Source of the DNA: Alphaproteobacteria bacterium
GTDB taxonomy: Bacteria > Pseudomonadota > Alphaproteobacteria > CAAHEQ01 > UBA3637
Length of the DNA stretch: 64,000 nt
Reading direction: 5' to 3'
Assembly (NCBI GenBank): GCA_045638265.1
Contig: JAZUBA010000044.1
Span: 146,862 to 210,861, forward strand
The notes beneath the pieces are model-generated. The model was given only the letters and a program-made list of their open reading frames with translations, ran no database searches and was not told the DNA's origin. The translations under genes were made by a program, and so were the position numbers. Of this stretch, positions 49,601-59,907 are shown piece after piece (positions within the stretch are counted from its first letter, which is position 1; each line of letters starts with the position of its first letter).

Positions 49601-50623
49601 TTCATAATTAAGCTTATTAATTGCAACGGTACTTTTATAATTCATACCGTTATTACCTTTTTCACATTCCAAAGAACCGGTTAAAGCAACGGAATTATCT
49701 TGATTGCCAAAACGAATCGTAAAGTTTTTAAGTCCGTCAATTCCATCTTCTACTTGATAGCTTAATGAACCGGCAGACTTAACATTTAATGAAGCATCTA
49801 ATGGTTTATAACCAAAAAACGCCAATATTTCATTCGGTTTTTTCACATTAAACGAAGCGTTTAATTCCATCTTCATTGTTTTAGTCCGACTCGGAGTCAC
49901 ATTTCCGTTAAACGTCATATCCAAATTATGATGTTCATCAATTAACACGCCTTTTTCAATGGCAACCGGTGTTTCATTACTGATTTGACCAACTTTCAAT
50001 TCAACACTCATTGTTTTTTTCTTAACACTGAATGTACCGTTATAAGTATATGGTCCTTGCAATGAATTCATGACCAAATTACCATTTACATTAGATAAAC
50101 GTTGTTTGGCATTAGTAACCTGATTAAAATATTCAATTGATCCGTCATGTATTGTCAAGGCATCAACGCTTGTACTGGCAACGTTTGTTGCCATCAAATC
50201 TCCCGTCATTTCTGGTGTAACTTTATCAAATAAGAACGGAAAATCCCAGTTCACGTTGGTTTCGGACAATCGCTCTAAATAAACATCGGGTTTTTCAACA
50301 TCAATTTTCTTAATTACCAATGGAGATTTAAATAAAGATGTCCATTCTAATTGAACAATAATTTTGTTAGCATGCAACATAATATTCTTTGCAGACTGTG
50401 ATTTATTGGATAATGTAACATCATTCAACACAATCTGCGGATTCGGGAACCAATTAATCTGCGTTTGACCGATAACGGTAAATTCACGTCCCGTCATATT
50501 CTTAACACCACGCACAATCTGCTGTTGAAAAGCAGTCGGATTAAAAGAGTGAACGACAAAAAAGCCTATTCCTCCAACGGTTAACAATATTAAAATTAAA
50601 ACTGCAACAAGAAATTTTTTCAT
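46610..50623 (-). CDS. AsmA-family outer-membrane assembly/lipid-transport protein with a long C-terminal coiled-coil extension
   Basis: N-terminal TM anchor plus the AsmA-type start (FNPTAFQQQIVRGVKNMTGREFTVIGQTQINWFPNPQIVLNDVTLSN). Long beta-rich body. Last ~300 aa are charged and helical. Confidence 0.85.
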   Translation of the reverse strand: MKKFLVAVLILILLTVGGIGFFVVHSFNPTAFQQQIVRGVKNMTGREFTVIGQTQINWFPNPQIVLNDVTLSNKSQSAKNIMLHANKIIVQLEWTSLFKSPLVIKKIDVEKPDVYLERLSETNVNWDFPFLFDKVTPEMTGDLMATNVASTSVDALTIHDGSIEYFNQVTNAKQRLSNVNGNLVMNSLQGPYTYNGTFSVKKKTMSVELKVGQISNETPVAIEKGVLIDEHHNLDMTFNGNVTPSRTKTMKMELNASFNVKKPNEILAFFGYKPLDASLNVKSAGSLSYQVEDGIDGLKNFTIRFGNQDNSVALTGSLECEKGNNGMNYKSTVAINKLNYEHWKGVLSGLTWTGLTSEKTSNFDLKFDISELIYGKNTIQKLTGDLSKKGNRLQIENGKATLIGNTAVTFSGSSIKQDEKSGARLQIVSETEDFKQVLGLITDVKKVPNDLMKKAKFSGEALIYPNDITVDIQSLALDKGKISGKFAYLKTDKLPELSMNLTVDSFDLDKYVGFTKPKETPDLSQIVSFMKQYFSKADYLARFNGTFDLNLKNIRFRMMPINAGVLVGSISNGVLKFDKFETSDFANATLKSEATINGVGTDAVRIADLKFDFKTNDMKLFMDKVNLKSTSNIINSAKVFDANVSLAETDKNVWTTDTQIKSADLEFSFKGNVDTTKDELTYNNMNVFVSYPNFRTFTTKVMPISTINTSLSGPFTLKALTNGTLKVVRFSNAEIQIGENILNAEGSYTTTENGLLDVTLTTPSFDTDRYIWNDLKNVSLKDNLVKVPFKLNGLNNLNQHIKIKTNQFLLGDIELKNAFVDVRLNNSVLTLNEIKGTYGNDNAPVELSGSLSWDGVPKLNVDLSMQKMPLNKNIIVLKGMSIGDGIFTGKAQLSATGSSPYAMLQSLNGKGDYAINNLEWIGIGLEKVEPLIMRSIENKVPKSNFDKALNILLNSGKTIVESITGSYTVNKGVLHSMDAVLQGNGYSSDFQMEWRIAPKELDVSMPLSLTKRPDLPPFKLMLKGKLNRLVYQSDYMVLSDSVSDIVQDDKAKIANAKKVEQERQTAVARTEREEKARQAVFDAREAVKQASAKVKSGDNQRALDLLQNAQDAMDFMNNLSVKETLTDAEYMQLTEQSRLAILKAEEAVAEATNDKFFEDRKLIKAYMKQSQLMQQEIERIHNAYPDIEIVSRLLPLTKEHTKQLATIAMKSNENESDEEHYLNMETAKEAYISVVKGYRYILRFDENATPIEPLSVVSESSKLTQTKQSEGVENQVEDRKSYSAKEKNGLTGHISRDDVLPQANDTTEKMTVEETQNDAVRQMTVGQGLRGSIRRVE

Positions 50624-50734
50624 ATCATCACCCTTTTAAAAATTATTATCTTTCTTTTATAACACATTTTTTTTCAAAAACAAGAGGCTTTTTTAAAAGT
50701 TTATAAGAAAATTGCAATATTTTTTATAGAAAAT

Positions 50735-52198
50735 CTAAATATTTTTCTTCCAAAAGAACGGAACCATTAAAATATAGACGGCAACGAACTCTAAACGTCC
50801 CAAAATCATCAAGAATGTCATAATTAACTTGACACCTTGTGGTAAAAGAGCAAAAGTTTTATCCGGACCAATCATATTACCCAAGGCCGGACCGATATTG
50901 GACAACATGGAAACAGCACCTGAAAAAACCGTTACCAAATCCAAATTATACAATGACAACAACAACATGGAACCAATCAAAGAGAGGGCATACAATCCCA
51001 TAAAAACCAGCACACCACTCATAACTTCTTCCGTAATCGGTTTTTTTCCGTAACGGGGAATAAAAACACCTTGTGGTCGGGCTGCGCTTCTTAATTTAAC
51101 CCGAATTGTTTTCATCAAAACAGCAAAACGAAACACTTTTATACCGCCAGAAGTAGATCCTGTACAAGCACCGATAAACATCAGCATCAAGAAAATAACA
51201 GAAGCATAGGCTCCCCAAGACGTATAATTATCAATTACAAATCCCGTAGAAGTAACTATTGATAATACATCAAAAATTGTTGTTCGCAATATACCGGATA
51301 ATTGATCATTGTTAAATGATGTTTGATACCACCGAGCAAAAATCAAAAATAACATCACACAAAAAACAAACCAACAAAACCAACGTATCTGTTCATTATT
51401 GCGAATTGCCTCAAAATGACGACGAAATAACAAAATACCTAACATTAACGGCAAACCGGAAATAAACATAAAGAACGATAATATCCACTCTATTGTCGGA
51501 CTGTTATAATAGGCAATTGATTCGTTATGCGTTGAAAACCCACCGGTTGCAATCACAGACATGGCATGATTAACGGCATCAAACATATCCATACCGGCCA
51601 ACCATAAACAAACTGTTGCCAAAACCGTTAAAAAAACAAAATAACTACATATACCCATTACATTTTTTGCCGTTGTCGGCGTATCTCTGTCTGATTCGCC
51701 TGAAACTTCTATATTAAACAACTGCATACCGCCAATTTGCAAAGCCGGCAAAATCAAAATAGCCACAACCAATATACCGATACCACCCATCCAATGCATC
51801 AATGACCGCCATAATAATGCACCGTGAGAGAGTTTATCCAAATCCGGAATAACTGTTGCCCCTGTTCCCGTTAACCCTGACGTTGCCTCAAATAACGCAT
51901 CAATAAACGTTAAATCTATTTTTAAAAAATAAAGCGGAAACGAACTAAACAAAATAAAAGTCAACCAAATAGCCGTTGTGGTTACAAACATTTCTTTCGT
52001 TCTTAATGGGACATGGCGTGTATCCGTCAATAACAAAACAATTAAACCGACAGCAACCGTTAAAGCCGAAGATAAAGCAAAAATAGAGGCAGAATCTTTA
52101 TTGCCGTAAAACCAATCCGTCAAAGAGGGGATAATCATCATCAATCCGCCTAAAACGGTCATACTACCTAATATTGAAAATATCAAACGAAAGCGCAT
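50735..52198 (-). CDS. trkH: Trk-type K+ uptake protein TrkH (trimmed to the ATG at 52198)
   Basis: Polytopic protein with repeated selectivity-filter-like segments (TGLTGTGAT, IATGGFSTH, TSTGF, CTGSTSGGIK). Confidence 0.9.
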   Translation of the reverse strand: MRFRLIFSILGSMTVLGGLMMIIPSLTDWFYGNKDSASIFALSSALTVAVGLIVLLLTDTRHVPLRTKEMFVTTTAIWLTFILFSSFPLYFLKIDLTFIDALFEATSGLTGTGATVIPDLDKLSHGALLWRSLMHWMGGIGILVVAILILPALQIGGMQLFNIEVSGESDRDTPTTAKNVMGICSYFVFLTVLATVCLWLAGMDMFDAVNHAMSVIATGGFSTHNESIAYYNSPTIEWILSFFMFISGLPLMLGILLFRRHFEAIRNNEQIRWFCWFVFCVMLFLIFARWYQTSFNNDQLSGILRTTIFDVLSIVTSTGFVIDNYTSWGAYASVIFLMLMFIGACTGSTSGGIKVFRFAVLMKTIRVKLRSAARPQGVFIPRYGKKPITEEVMSGVLVFMGLYALSLIGSMLLLSLYNLDLVTVFSGAVSMLSNIGPALGNMIGPDKTFALLPQGVKLIMTFLMILGRLEFVAVYILMVPFFWKKNI

Positions 52199-52267
52199 TT
52201 GTTTTTTCCTTTTGCAAGGCATATTACAGACATTATACAAAAAAATCAAGCATTTTCGTACAATGTC

Positions 52268-52963
52268 TTATTTCAGTAACAAATGTATCAGTTGTTCACG
52301 CATAACGGGTAATTGTTTCAAACCGGTATATGTTGTCAAAAAATAAGTCGTTAATGAAAAAGCCTGTATCAGTTCTAAATTGCTCGGATCATTTGTTTTT
52401 TGCCACAAAAAGCGCGGCAACGGCAACAATTTATCTTGATACGGCAATCCTTTTTCCCGACTGACTGCACGCCCGCTTTTAGGTGAAATATATGCCAAAT
52501 CATTTTTATCACCGCCACCGGCACATTCTGAAAAATCCAATCCAAACCCTATGGCTCTTAACAAGGCAAGTTCCCATTTAATATATTGTACCAAAATATC
52601 TGATTGCGCCATATTTTGTAACAGATGGATTGTTTGTTCATATAAATCATCTTCTTTCTGACGTTCAGGTAATAATTCGGCAAGCAAAACACAAACGGAA
52701 GATAAAATATACAAACGAATCTTATCATCTAAAAAATCAATAAAAAAAGATTTTGAATCATCCAAATAAAACGTTCCCAACTGTTCATTCAAACGAGCTT
52801 GCCAACGCAAAGACAAAAACGAACCGACATGCGGTGGTTGTTTTGTTTTTAGCACACCGCAAAAACGACCGTTCTCAGGCGTTAAAACAGATAACAACCA
52901 CGACCGTTCACCTAACGGTTTAGCAGATAACAATAACGCATTTTCGGTTTTAAAAGACGGCAC
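52268..52963 (-). CDS. recO: DNA repair protein RecO
   Basis: 231 aa with an OB-fold-like N-terminus (ALLLSAKPLGERSWLLSVLTPENGRFCGVLK). Conserved era-recO synteny. Confidence 0.8.
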   Translation of the reverse strand: MPSFKTENALLLSAKPLGERSWLLSVLTPENGRFCGVLKTKQPPHVGSFLSLRWQARLNEQLGTFYLDDSKSFFIDFLDDKIRLYILSSVCVLLAELLPERQKEDDLYEQTIHLLQNMAQSDILVQYIKWELALLRAIGFGLDFSECAGGGDKNDLAYISPKSGRAVSREKGLPYQDKLLPLPRFLWQKTNDPSNLELIQAFSLTTYFLTTYTGLKQLPVMREQLIHLLLK

Positions 52964-52984
52964 GTTTGATTACTTTTATTCAGG

Positions 52985-53902
52985 TTAAACGTTATAATCC
53001 AATCCCCATTCGGCAAAACGAGCCGGATCGGTTGACCAATTTTCTTTGACCCGAACCGTCAAAAACAAATGAACGGGTCGTTCCAGTAAATATGTTAATT
53101 CTTTTCTGGATGCTTCTCCGATTTTACGAATCATTGCTCCGTTTTTGCCCAAGACAATCGGTTTTAAACTTTCCCGTTCCACAAAAACGGTTTGTTCAAT
53201 ACGAATACCGTTTTCCCGTTCCTGAAACAATGTTGTTGTAACCGCCAATGTATATGGTAATTCCTGTTGCAAATACATAAATAATTTTTCACGTGTAATT
53301 TCAGCTGAAAATAATCTGTTAGGCAAATCCGAGAGTTGATCTTCGGGAAACATCCACATTCCCTTTGGAGCTCTGCTTAACAAATATTGTTTTAATTCAT
53401 CTGTTTTTTCACCCGTTTGAGCCGAAATTAAAAACGTTTCCGTAAAAATCGGGTATTCGTTTAAAGAAGCAATTAACGGCAACAATTTATCTTTTGCCAA
53501 CAAATCAATTTTATTCAACACTAAAACAGCTTTTTGGCGATTTTTAATTAAAGAATCAATAATTGATTTTGTATTTTTATCAATTCCTTTTTGCGCATCA
53601 ACAACCAATAGACGAATATCCGAATCATCTGATTCTGTCCAAGCAGAAGCAACCATCGCTCTGTCAAATTTGCGTGACGCTTTAAAAATCCCCGGCGTAT
53701 CAACCAAAACCAACTGCGTATTTCCCTCAACCAAAATACCCCGAATACGAGAACGGGTTGTTTGTGCTTTTGGTGAGACGATGGAAACCTTTGCACCGGT
53801 TAACCGATTAACCAACGTTGACTTACCGGCATTAGGGGCGCCTAAAACGGCAACAAAGCTAAAATGTTGATTATTGATGTCATTTATATTTTCTGTTTCC
53901 AT
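52985..53902 (-). CDS. era: GTPase Era
   Basis: G1 GAPNAGKST, G3 DTPG, G4 NKID, and a C-terminal KH domain. Confidence 0.96.
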   Translation of the reverse strand: METENINDINNQHFSFVAVLGAPNAGKSTLVNRLTGAKVSIVSPKAQTTRSRIRGILVEGNTQLVLVDTPGIFKASRKFDRAMVASAWTESDDSDIRLLVVDAQKGIDKNTKSIIDSLIKNRQKAVLVLNKIDLLAKDKLLPLIASLNEYPIFTETFLISAQTGEKTDELKQYLLSRAPKGMWMFPEDQLSDLPNRLFSAEITREKLFMYLQQELPYTLAVTTTLFQERENGIRIEQTVFVERESLKPIVLGKNGAMIRKIGEASRKELTYLLERPVHLFLTVRVKENWSTDPARFAEWGLDYNV

Positions 53903-53914
53903 AAACTTTTCCTT

Positions 53915-54562
53915 TTATTTTTTTGATTGTGTTAATATATCTAATAATGTCTGTGCTGCCATTTTCATTGCTTCTTTTTTAGAATGACCTTCTCCTGTTG
54001 CCTGACCGTAAGAGTCAATTTCAACCTGAATAACAAATGTCGGACAATGATCCTCGCCTGTTCGGGAAAGTTCTGTATAAACAGGCATTTTTCCTTTTTT
54101 TTGCGCCCATTCCTGCAAGGCTGATTTAGAATCTTTAATTGTTTCGTGTGATTGTTCCAAATACGGTGTCCACAACCATTCAACAAACTGACGAGCTTTC
54201 TTTTCTCCCTGATCTAAATAAATAGCGGCAATCAAAGCTTCACATACATCTGCTAAAATAGAATTATTGTCACGCAACGGATTGTCTTTTGTTCGTAATA
54301 ATTGAGGGATACCGATTTGACGGGCAATTTTGGCCAACATTTCTTCACGAACCAGCAAGGTAAAACGCATAGCCCAATCGCCTTCATTTTCTTTGGGAAA
54401 ATAACGATACAACAAATTAGCAACGTATAGACCCAAAACTCTGTCTCCTAAAAATTCCAATCGTTCATAAGGGGCAGATTTTCCATAATTAGCCAACGTC
54501 AATGCCTTACGATAAATCGGCGTATCTTTGATAAAATCGGATAACTGAAATTCAATACTCAT
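53915..54562 (-). CDS. rnc: Ribonuclease III
   Basis: RNase III signature ERLEFLGDRVL plus a C-terminal dsRBD (GEGHSKKEAMKMAAQ). Confidence 0.96.
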   Translation of the reverse strand: MSIEFQLSDFIKDTPIYRKALTLANYGKSAPYERLEFLGDRVLGLYVANLLYRYFPKENEGDWAMRFTLLVREEMLAKIARQIGIPQLLRTKDNPLRDNNSILADVCEALIAAIYLDQGEKKARQFVEWLWTPYLEQSHETIKDSKSALQEWAQKKGKMPVYTELSRTGEDHCPTFVIQVEIDSYGQATGEGHSKKEAMKMAAQTLLDILTQSKK

Positions 54563-54565
54563 TGT

Positions 54566-55333
54566 TTATTTTATCCCCGTAAAAAGACGTTCTTTTCGGA
54601 TAAATTCACCCCAACGCCAAAATTGAAAGAACCAACCATCTCCCGTTGTAGAATAAAAAATAAAACGGGCTTTACCTTCTAGATTAACTTGCGGAACGGG
54701 TCCGAAAAAACGACTGTCCAAAGAATTATCCCGATTATCACCCATGGCAAAAAAATAACCCTCCGGAATAACAAATTTTTGCGTATTATCTGCCTGTAAT
54801 CCGTCATTAATTTCATAAATAGGGTGTTTCAAACCGTTAGGTAATATTTCAATGTATTTATTATATATTATCTCACCCTGCTCCGTATTCATTTTTTCCT
54901 GACCGACAAATTCACGCTCGACCATAACATCATTAATATATAAACGGCCATCTTTCATTTGAACGGTATCCCCCGGCAATCCGATAACCCGTTTAATATA
55001 ATCAATATTCATACTTAATTGCGGATTAATTTGCGGTGTCATCCGAAAAATAACAACATCGCCTTGTTGTGGCTGACTGCCAAACAAACGTCCTTTGGGA
55101 ATGAGTGGCAATGAAAACGGAAAAGAATGACGTGAATAACCGTAATCATGCTTGGTAATAAACAAATAATCACCGACCAACAACGTCGGGAACATAGATC
55201 CTGACGGAATATTATACGGTTCAAACATAAATGAACGAATTCCCAAAGCAATCAACAAAGCAATTACCAATCCGACAACATCATGTAACGCACCTTTTTT
55301 CTTTTTTTGTTTTTGTTCACTCTCTTTTTTCAT
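54566..55333 (-). CDS. lepB: Signal peptidase I
   Basis: PSGSMFPTL (catalytic Ser), YIKRVIGLPGD (Lys box) and GDNRDNSLDSR. Confidence 0.96.
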   Translation of the reverse strand: MKKESEQKQKKKKGALHDVVGLVIALLIALGIRSFMFEPYNIPSGSMFPTLLVGDYLFITKHDYGYSRHSFPFSLPLIPKGRLFGSQPQQGDVVIFRMTPQINPQLSMNIDYIKRVIGLPGDTVQMKDGRLYINDVMVEREFVGQEKMNTEQGEIIYNKYIEILPNGLKHPIYEINDGLQADNTQKFVIPEGYFFAMGDNRDNSLDSRFFGPVPQVNLEGKARFIFYSTTGDGWFFQFWRWGEFIRKERLFTGIK

Positions 55334-55358
55334 TGAATTTTTTCCTTTTATATGATAG

Positions 55359-56522
<1,164 letters not shown>

Positions 56523-56537
56523 TTTCGGAGTTTATTT

Positions 56538-57086
56538 ATGGCAAAACCACATCCGGTAACATATCGCAAAATCAATGAGTCTCAAATTAAACGGGACAAT
56601 GCCGGTTATAAAAAACGCACTTACGAGGGATTGGAAAGACTTACAAAAGAAATTCGTGCCATTACACAACCGATTTTAGGCACAAGAGGTTTCGCCGGTG
56701 TAGATATTATTGAGGCTTGGACGGATATTGTCGGACCTGAATTATCTATGGGCATTCGTCCTGAAAAATTAACATTTGAGCGAGATAAACGCACAAACGG
56801 GACCTTGCATGTCAAAAGTGCCGGTGGCGCATTTGCTGTTATTTTTGAACATCAAAAACAACAAGTAATTGAACGCATTAACACTTTTTTCGGTTATCCG
56901 GCTGTTTCACGCATTCAAATTGCACAAGGGAAACTTTATTTTCCGAAACAACCGATTGAAAAAGCGAAGAAACGCCCGACACAAAAACAACTCAAAGAAT
57001 TGGAAGAAAAAGTCGCTCATATTGAAGATGAAAATTTAAAAAATGCGATGTATCAAATGGGATTATCTTTTTTACAAAATAAGTAA
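56538..57086 (+). CDS. DUF721/DciA-like protein
   Basis: Core W..IVGPEL...P..L....TL.V....A.A..L.....Q.IERIN..FGY pattern typical of DUF721 (from memory). Confidence 0.75.
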   Translation: MAKPHPVTYRKINESQIKRDNAGYKKRTYEGLERLTKEIRAITQPILGTRGFAGVDIIEAWTDIVGPELSMGIRPEKLTFERDKRTNGTLHVKSAGGAFAVIFEHQKQQVIERINTFFGYPAVSRIQIAQGKLYFPKQPIEKAKKRPTQKQLKELEEKVAHIEDENLKNAMYQMGLSFLQNK

Positions 57087-57114
57087 AAAAAATCGGCAAG
57101 AAAAACTTGCCGAT
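57085..57114 (-). terminator. Terminator of the OMP gene 57131..57700
   Basis: Stem ATCGGCAAG/CTTGCCGAT with U7 on the minus strand. Confidence 0.7.
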
Positions 57115-57130
57115 CGCTTTATCCAATGAA

Positions 57131-57700
57131 TTAAAATTGAACACGCATACCTAAAAGGAAATCATTTGATGTTACTTTTATATCAAACGGTTTACCGTAA
57201 TCAACATATTTATACATCGCATCAACACTGATTCTATCTGTTACTTTAACATTGACACCAGCACCGGCATTCCATGTGAACGTGGTGTCGTTACCATCTT
57301 CAAATTTATAGCCTAAAACTGTTGCCTCATAATTACTAAAAGCAACACCACCGCCTACATTAACAAAAGGTGTTACAGGTGTTTGTGTTGGAATATCAAC
57401 ATATAATTGTCCTGTAAGAGCATTTGTGTTCCAGTCTATATCTGCTAATCCTTCAATAGATCCGCTTTTAAATGTATAATCTAGCTCTGTTCTTAAATAA
57501 TCATTGACTCTATATCCTGCACCAATACCTAAATTGGCAACATTATGATCCTCAACATTAAAATCACTCATATCCATAGCAGATATACCAGCTTTAACAG
57601 ATACATAAGCTTTACTTGATTGTCCGACTTTTTGTTCTTCTGCTGCCAAAAGCGATGTAGATAACAAACAAGCGACACCTATTAATAAAAATTTTTTCAT
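57131..57700 (-). CDS. Small outer-membrane beta-barrel protein (paralog class of 38120..38659)
   Basis: Signal peptide MKKFLLIGVACLLSTSLLAA, beta-strand periodicity, and a C-terminal GMRVQF beta-signal. Confidence 0.85.
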   Translation of the reverse strand: MKKFLLIGVACLLSTSLLAAEEQKVGQSSKAYVSVKAGISAMDMSDFNVEDHNVANLGIGAGYRVNDYLRTELDYTFKSGSIEGLADIDWNTNALTGQLYVDIPTQTPVTPFVNVGGGVAFSNYEATVLGYKFEDGNDTTFTWNAGAGVNVKVTDRISVDAMYKYVDYGKPFDIKVTSNDFLLGMRVQF

Positions 57701-57732
57701 AATAATTTCTTCCTTTCTTTCTTATAAATTAT

Positions 57733-57918
57733 AAAAAAAATCGCCATGATGAAAGGCGACTGGAAGTTCGAAACTATTATTCCATAGTGTTGTGTATTGA
57801 CCAAAATGGCTATTAAACAACCTTCCAGTCATATAACTGAAAGGTGTGAATTTTTTTTGTCCTTCACAAGACAGGAATAAGAGGTTTCGACACCCCAAAG
57901 CACTCATCAAATGCTTCA
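57733..57918 (-). ncRNA. Candidate ~186-nt structured RNA, either a trans sRNA (6S-like shape) or a cis leader/attenuator of the downstream OMP gene
   Basis: Has its own promoter (57925-57953) and a terminator hairpin UCGCC-N9-GGCGA plus U8 (57733-57759). Long-range helix UCGAAACCUCUUAUUCC / GGAAUAAUAGUUUCGA. Apical hairpin ACCUUUCAGU-UAUAU-GACUGGAAGGU. No ORF of any length with a Shine-Dalgarno. Confidence 0.4.
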
Positions 57919-57924
57919 AGGAGA

Positions 57925-57953
57925 AATTTACAAAAATTTTAAATAGTTGTCAA
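57925..57953 (-). promoter_or_regulatory. Sigma70-like promoter of the candidate RNA
   Basis: On the minus strand: TTGACA (57953-57948)-N17-TAAATT (57930-57925). Confidence 0.5.
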
Positions 57954-58003
57954 CAAGAAAAATTATAAAAAAAATTCATATTTTTAATTTTAAAATTAAA
58001 ACA

Positions 58004-59893
58004 TCAAGCTTTGGTATGTTGTTTTGATACCGGAATGGGGCATCCTGACATCCAAGCACAAACAATACCATTTAAAACTTTTCGCCTGACATTTTGAGAT
58101 GGTAGTTGAAGTGCATTATTAATAGACATAATATATGGTTCTAAATCTTTCACTTCGTAATACGAATTATCATTTAAAGATTCTCCGGACAAACACATCT
58201 CTTGAAATGTAATTGCAAACAGATATAAATCCTGCAAAATTTGAGGATTTAATTTCTCTTTGTTTTTTGATTGCTTATATTGAAATGCCGACAAAAAAAC
58301 ATCCTTATCGGGATCGTTATCTACCGATACAGTTAAAAAGGGATACATTTTTTCAAAATCTATCGGTTCATTTTGAACCGTCTTTTGATTGGGATAATAC
58401 TCATATAATCCAGTTTGATATTTTCTTTCAATATTGTCTGAAATTTTTTCAACAATGCAAAAAACTTCGCCATACATATCTTGTGCTTTTTGAGCCAAAT
58501 TTTTATCCATTTTTGTATGACACAATGTATTTCTTAATTCCACGGCATCTGCTAATTTTTTATTTTCATCTGCCGTAATCATACCTAACTTTAAAAAAAT
58601 GTTTGGTTGATTCGGGTTTAAATTTGCCTGTTTAACACAAATATCACGTAAAGCCTTTCGTGCATCCATTAAAAGAATCAACATTCTGGCACTGGCTGTA
58701 AAATCCTCTTCTTTAATTGATTGAATTTTTTGCTGAATAGCTATTTCATCTTTATTTAACAATTTAGCTAAATACTTTGACATATTCAAAACAAAATTCG
58801 TCATATAATTAATATCATTCGCACTATTTGTTTTATCACCCATTGGTCTGAAATTATATTCCATCGGATGAGCTAATTGATTGCGAATAGTCAAATATTG
58901 TTGCATCTGTTGAATTTCTGTTGTTGAAAACAACTGTTTTAATCCGTTTATTTTATTGATATCCTCAAAAACATCAGTACTATTGGCAAGTGCTGAATCT
59001 TGTTTTAATTTCTGAACAAGCATACAAAATGTTTCTATGGCAAGAATGTTAAACTGCTCCAACAAATTTTCACCTTGTCGTTTAGCATATTCCATTCTCA
59101 TTTTTTTGCTTTCTGCATCCATCATTTTTTGAGAACAATTCTTTCCGAGTTTCTGATAGATTTGTTGTGCAAAAGCAATCATATAAAACAACTTATCTGC
59201 CACAAGCTTATTCTTTGACAAATAATCAAAAAAACTTTTATCCGTTAAAAAAGTTGCACGAACCATTAAATCATCATTTATCCAAATTTGATGATATACC
59301 GGTTTTGACGGTTTTGAACGTGAAGCCAAAACACTCACTTTTTCCTGAGATGCATACAGACCTAATTGATTGGTATCCCATATTGGAAAAAACGATTCAA
59401 ATACCGTATAATTCAAACCATAACATCGTTGTCCGACCGGCACTTTTGCTTTACGATTATATAAATTAAGGCGTCCGGCAGAATCATAGGAACGAGCATT
59501 TTCTTTTTGCGAAGCCAATACAATTTCAAAATCTCCCATCAATATCGCTTTTCTAACTTCTAACTTTGCCAGACTTTTATTATCAGCAATCTGATAAATA
59601 TTATAAGATGTTTGTTTCAACAACCGCTCAACGTCCATTTCATAATATTTTTTCAGATGAGGATTCTTTTCTTGATTAATTCTTTTTTTCAATTCACCTA
59701 AATAACAACGCATTTTTTGAGCATATTTTTGGGCGCGTTCTGTCGCAATATTTAAAAACGTATCAAAATCCGTTAAATTTTGAACTAATTGATATCGTTT
59801 GACTAAATATTGATATTGTGCAAGATTATAACAAATCAAATCTAATGTTTCATCAACATTTATTGATGGCGTTGTATTGTTTTGTTGCTTCAT
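58004..59893 (-). CDS. Hypothetical 629-aa protein with two HEPN-type RNxxxH motifs (tandem HEPN-like, putative RNase)
   Basis: TIRNQLAHPMEY (R337-H342, nt 58868-58885) and VELRNTLCHTKMD (R454-H459, nt 58517-58534). Each is preceded by a helical segment, as in DUF86/HepT HEPN domains. The ~330-aa N-terminal region is unrecognised. Confidence 0.55.
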   Translation of the reverse strand: MKQQNNTTPSINVDETLDLICYNLAQYQYLVKRYQLVQNLTDFDTFLNIATERAQKYAQKMRCYLGELKKRINQEKNPHLKKYYEMDVERLLKQTSYNIYQIADNKSLAKLEVRKAILMGDFEIVLASQKENARSYDSAGRLNLYNRKAKVPVGQRCYGLNYTVFESFFPIWDTNQLGLYASQEKVSVLASRSKPSKPVYHQIWINDDLMVRATFLTDKSFFDYLSKNKLVADKLFYMIAFAQQIYQKLGKNCSQKMMDAESKKMRMEYAKRQGENLLEQFNILAIETFCMLVQKLKQDSALANSTDVFEDINKINGLKQLFSTTEIQQMQQYLTIRNQLAHPMEYNFRPMGDKTNSANDINYMTNFVLNMSKYLAKLLNKDEIAIQQKIQSIKEEDFTASARMLILLMDARKALRDICVKQANLNPNQPNIFLKLGMITADENKKLADAVELRNTLCHTKMDKNLAQKAQDMYGEVFCIVEKISDNIERKYQTGLYEYYPNQKTVQNEPIDFEKMYPFLTVSVDNDPDKDVFLSAFQYKQSKNKEKLNPQILQDLYLFAITFQEMCLSGESLNDNSYYEVKDLEPYIMSINNALQLPSQNVRRKVLNGIVCAWMSGCPIPVSKQHTKA

Positions 59894-59907
59894 TTTTTTG
59901 ATTTTTA

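Noticed and set aside
57733-57918. The candidate RNA as tmRNA, RNase P RNA or SRP RNA
   Set aside because: It has no tRNA-like acceptor/T-arm ending in CCA and no tag reading frame. It lacks a GAGGAAAGUCC-type RNase P motif and an SRP domain IV-like motif. It is left unclassified, with a 6S-like or leader hypothesis only.
58004-59893. The two-HEPN-motif protein as a Cas13-like CRISPR effector
   Set aside because: I found no repeat-spacer array or cas genes anywhere in the window. The motifs are only 117 aa apart in the C-terminal half, unlike the N- and C-terminal placement in Cas13. I keep it only as a tandem HEPN-like protein.
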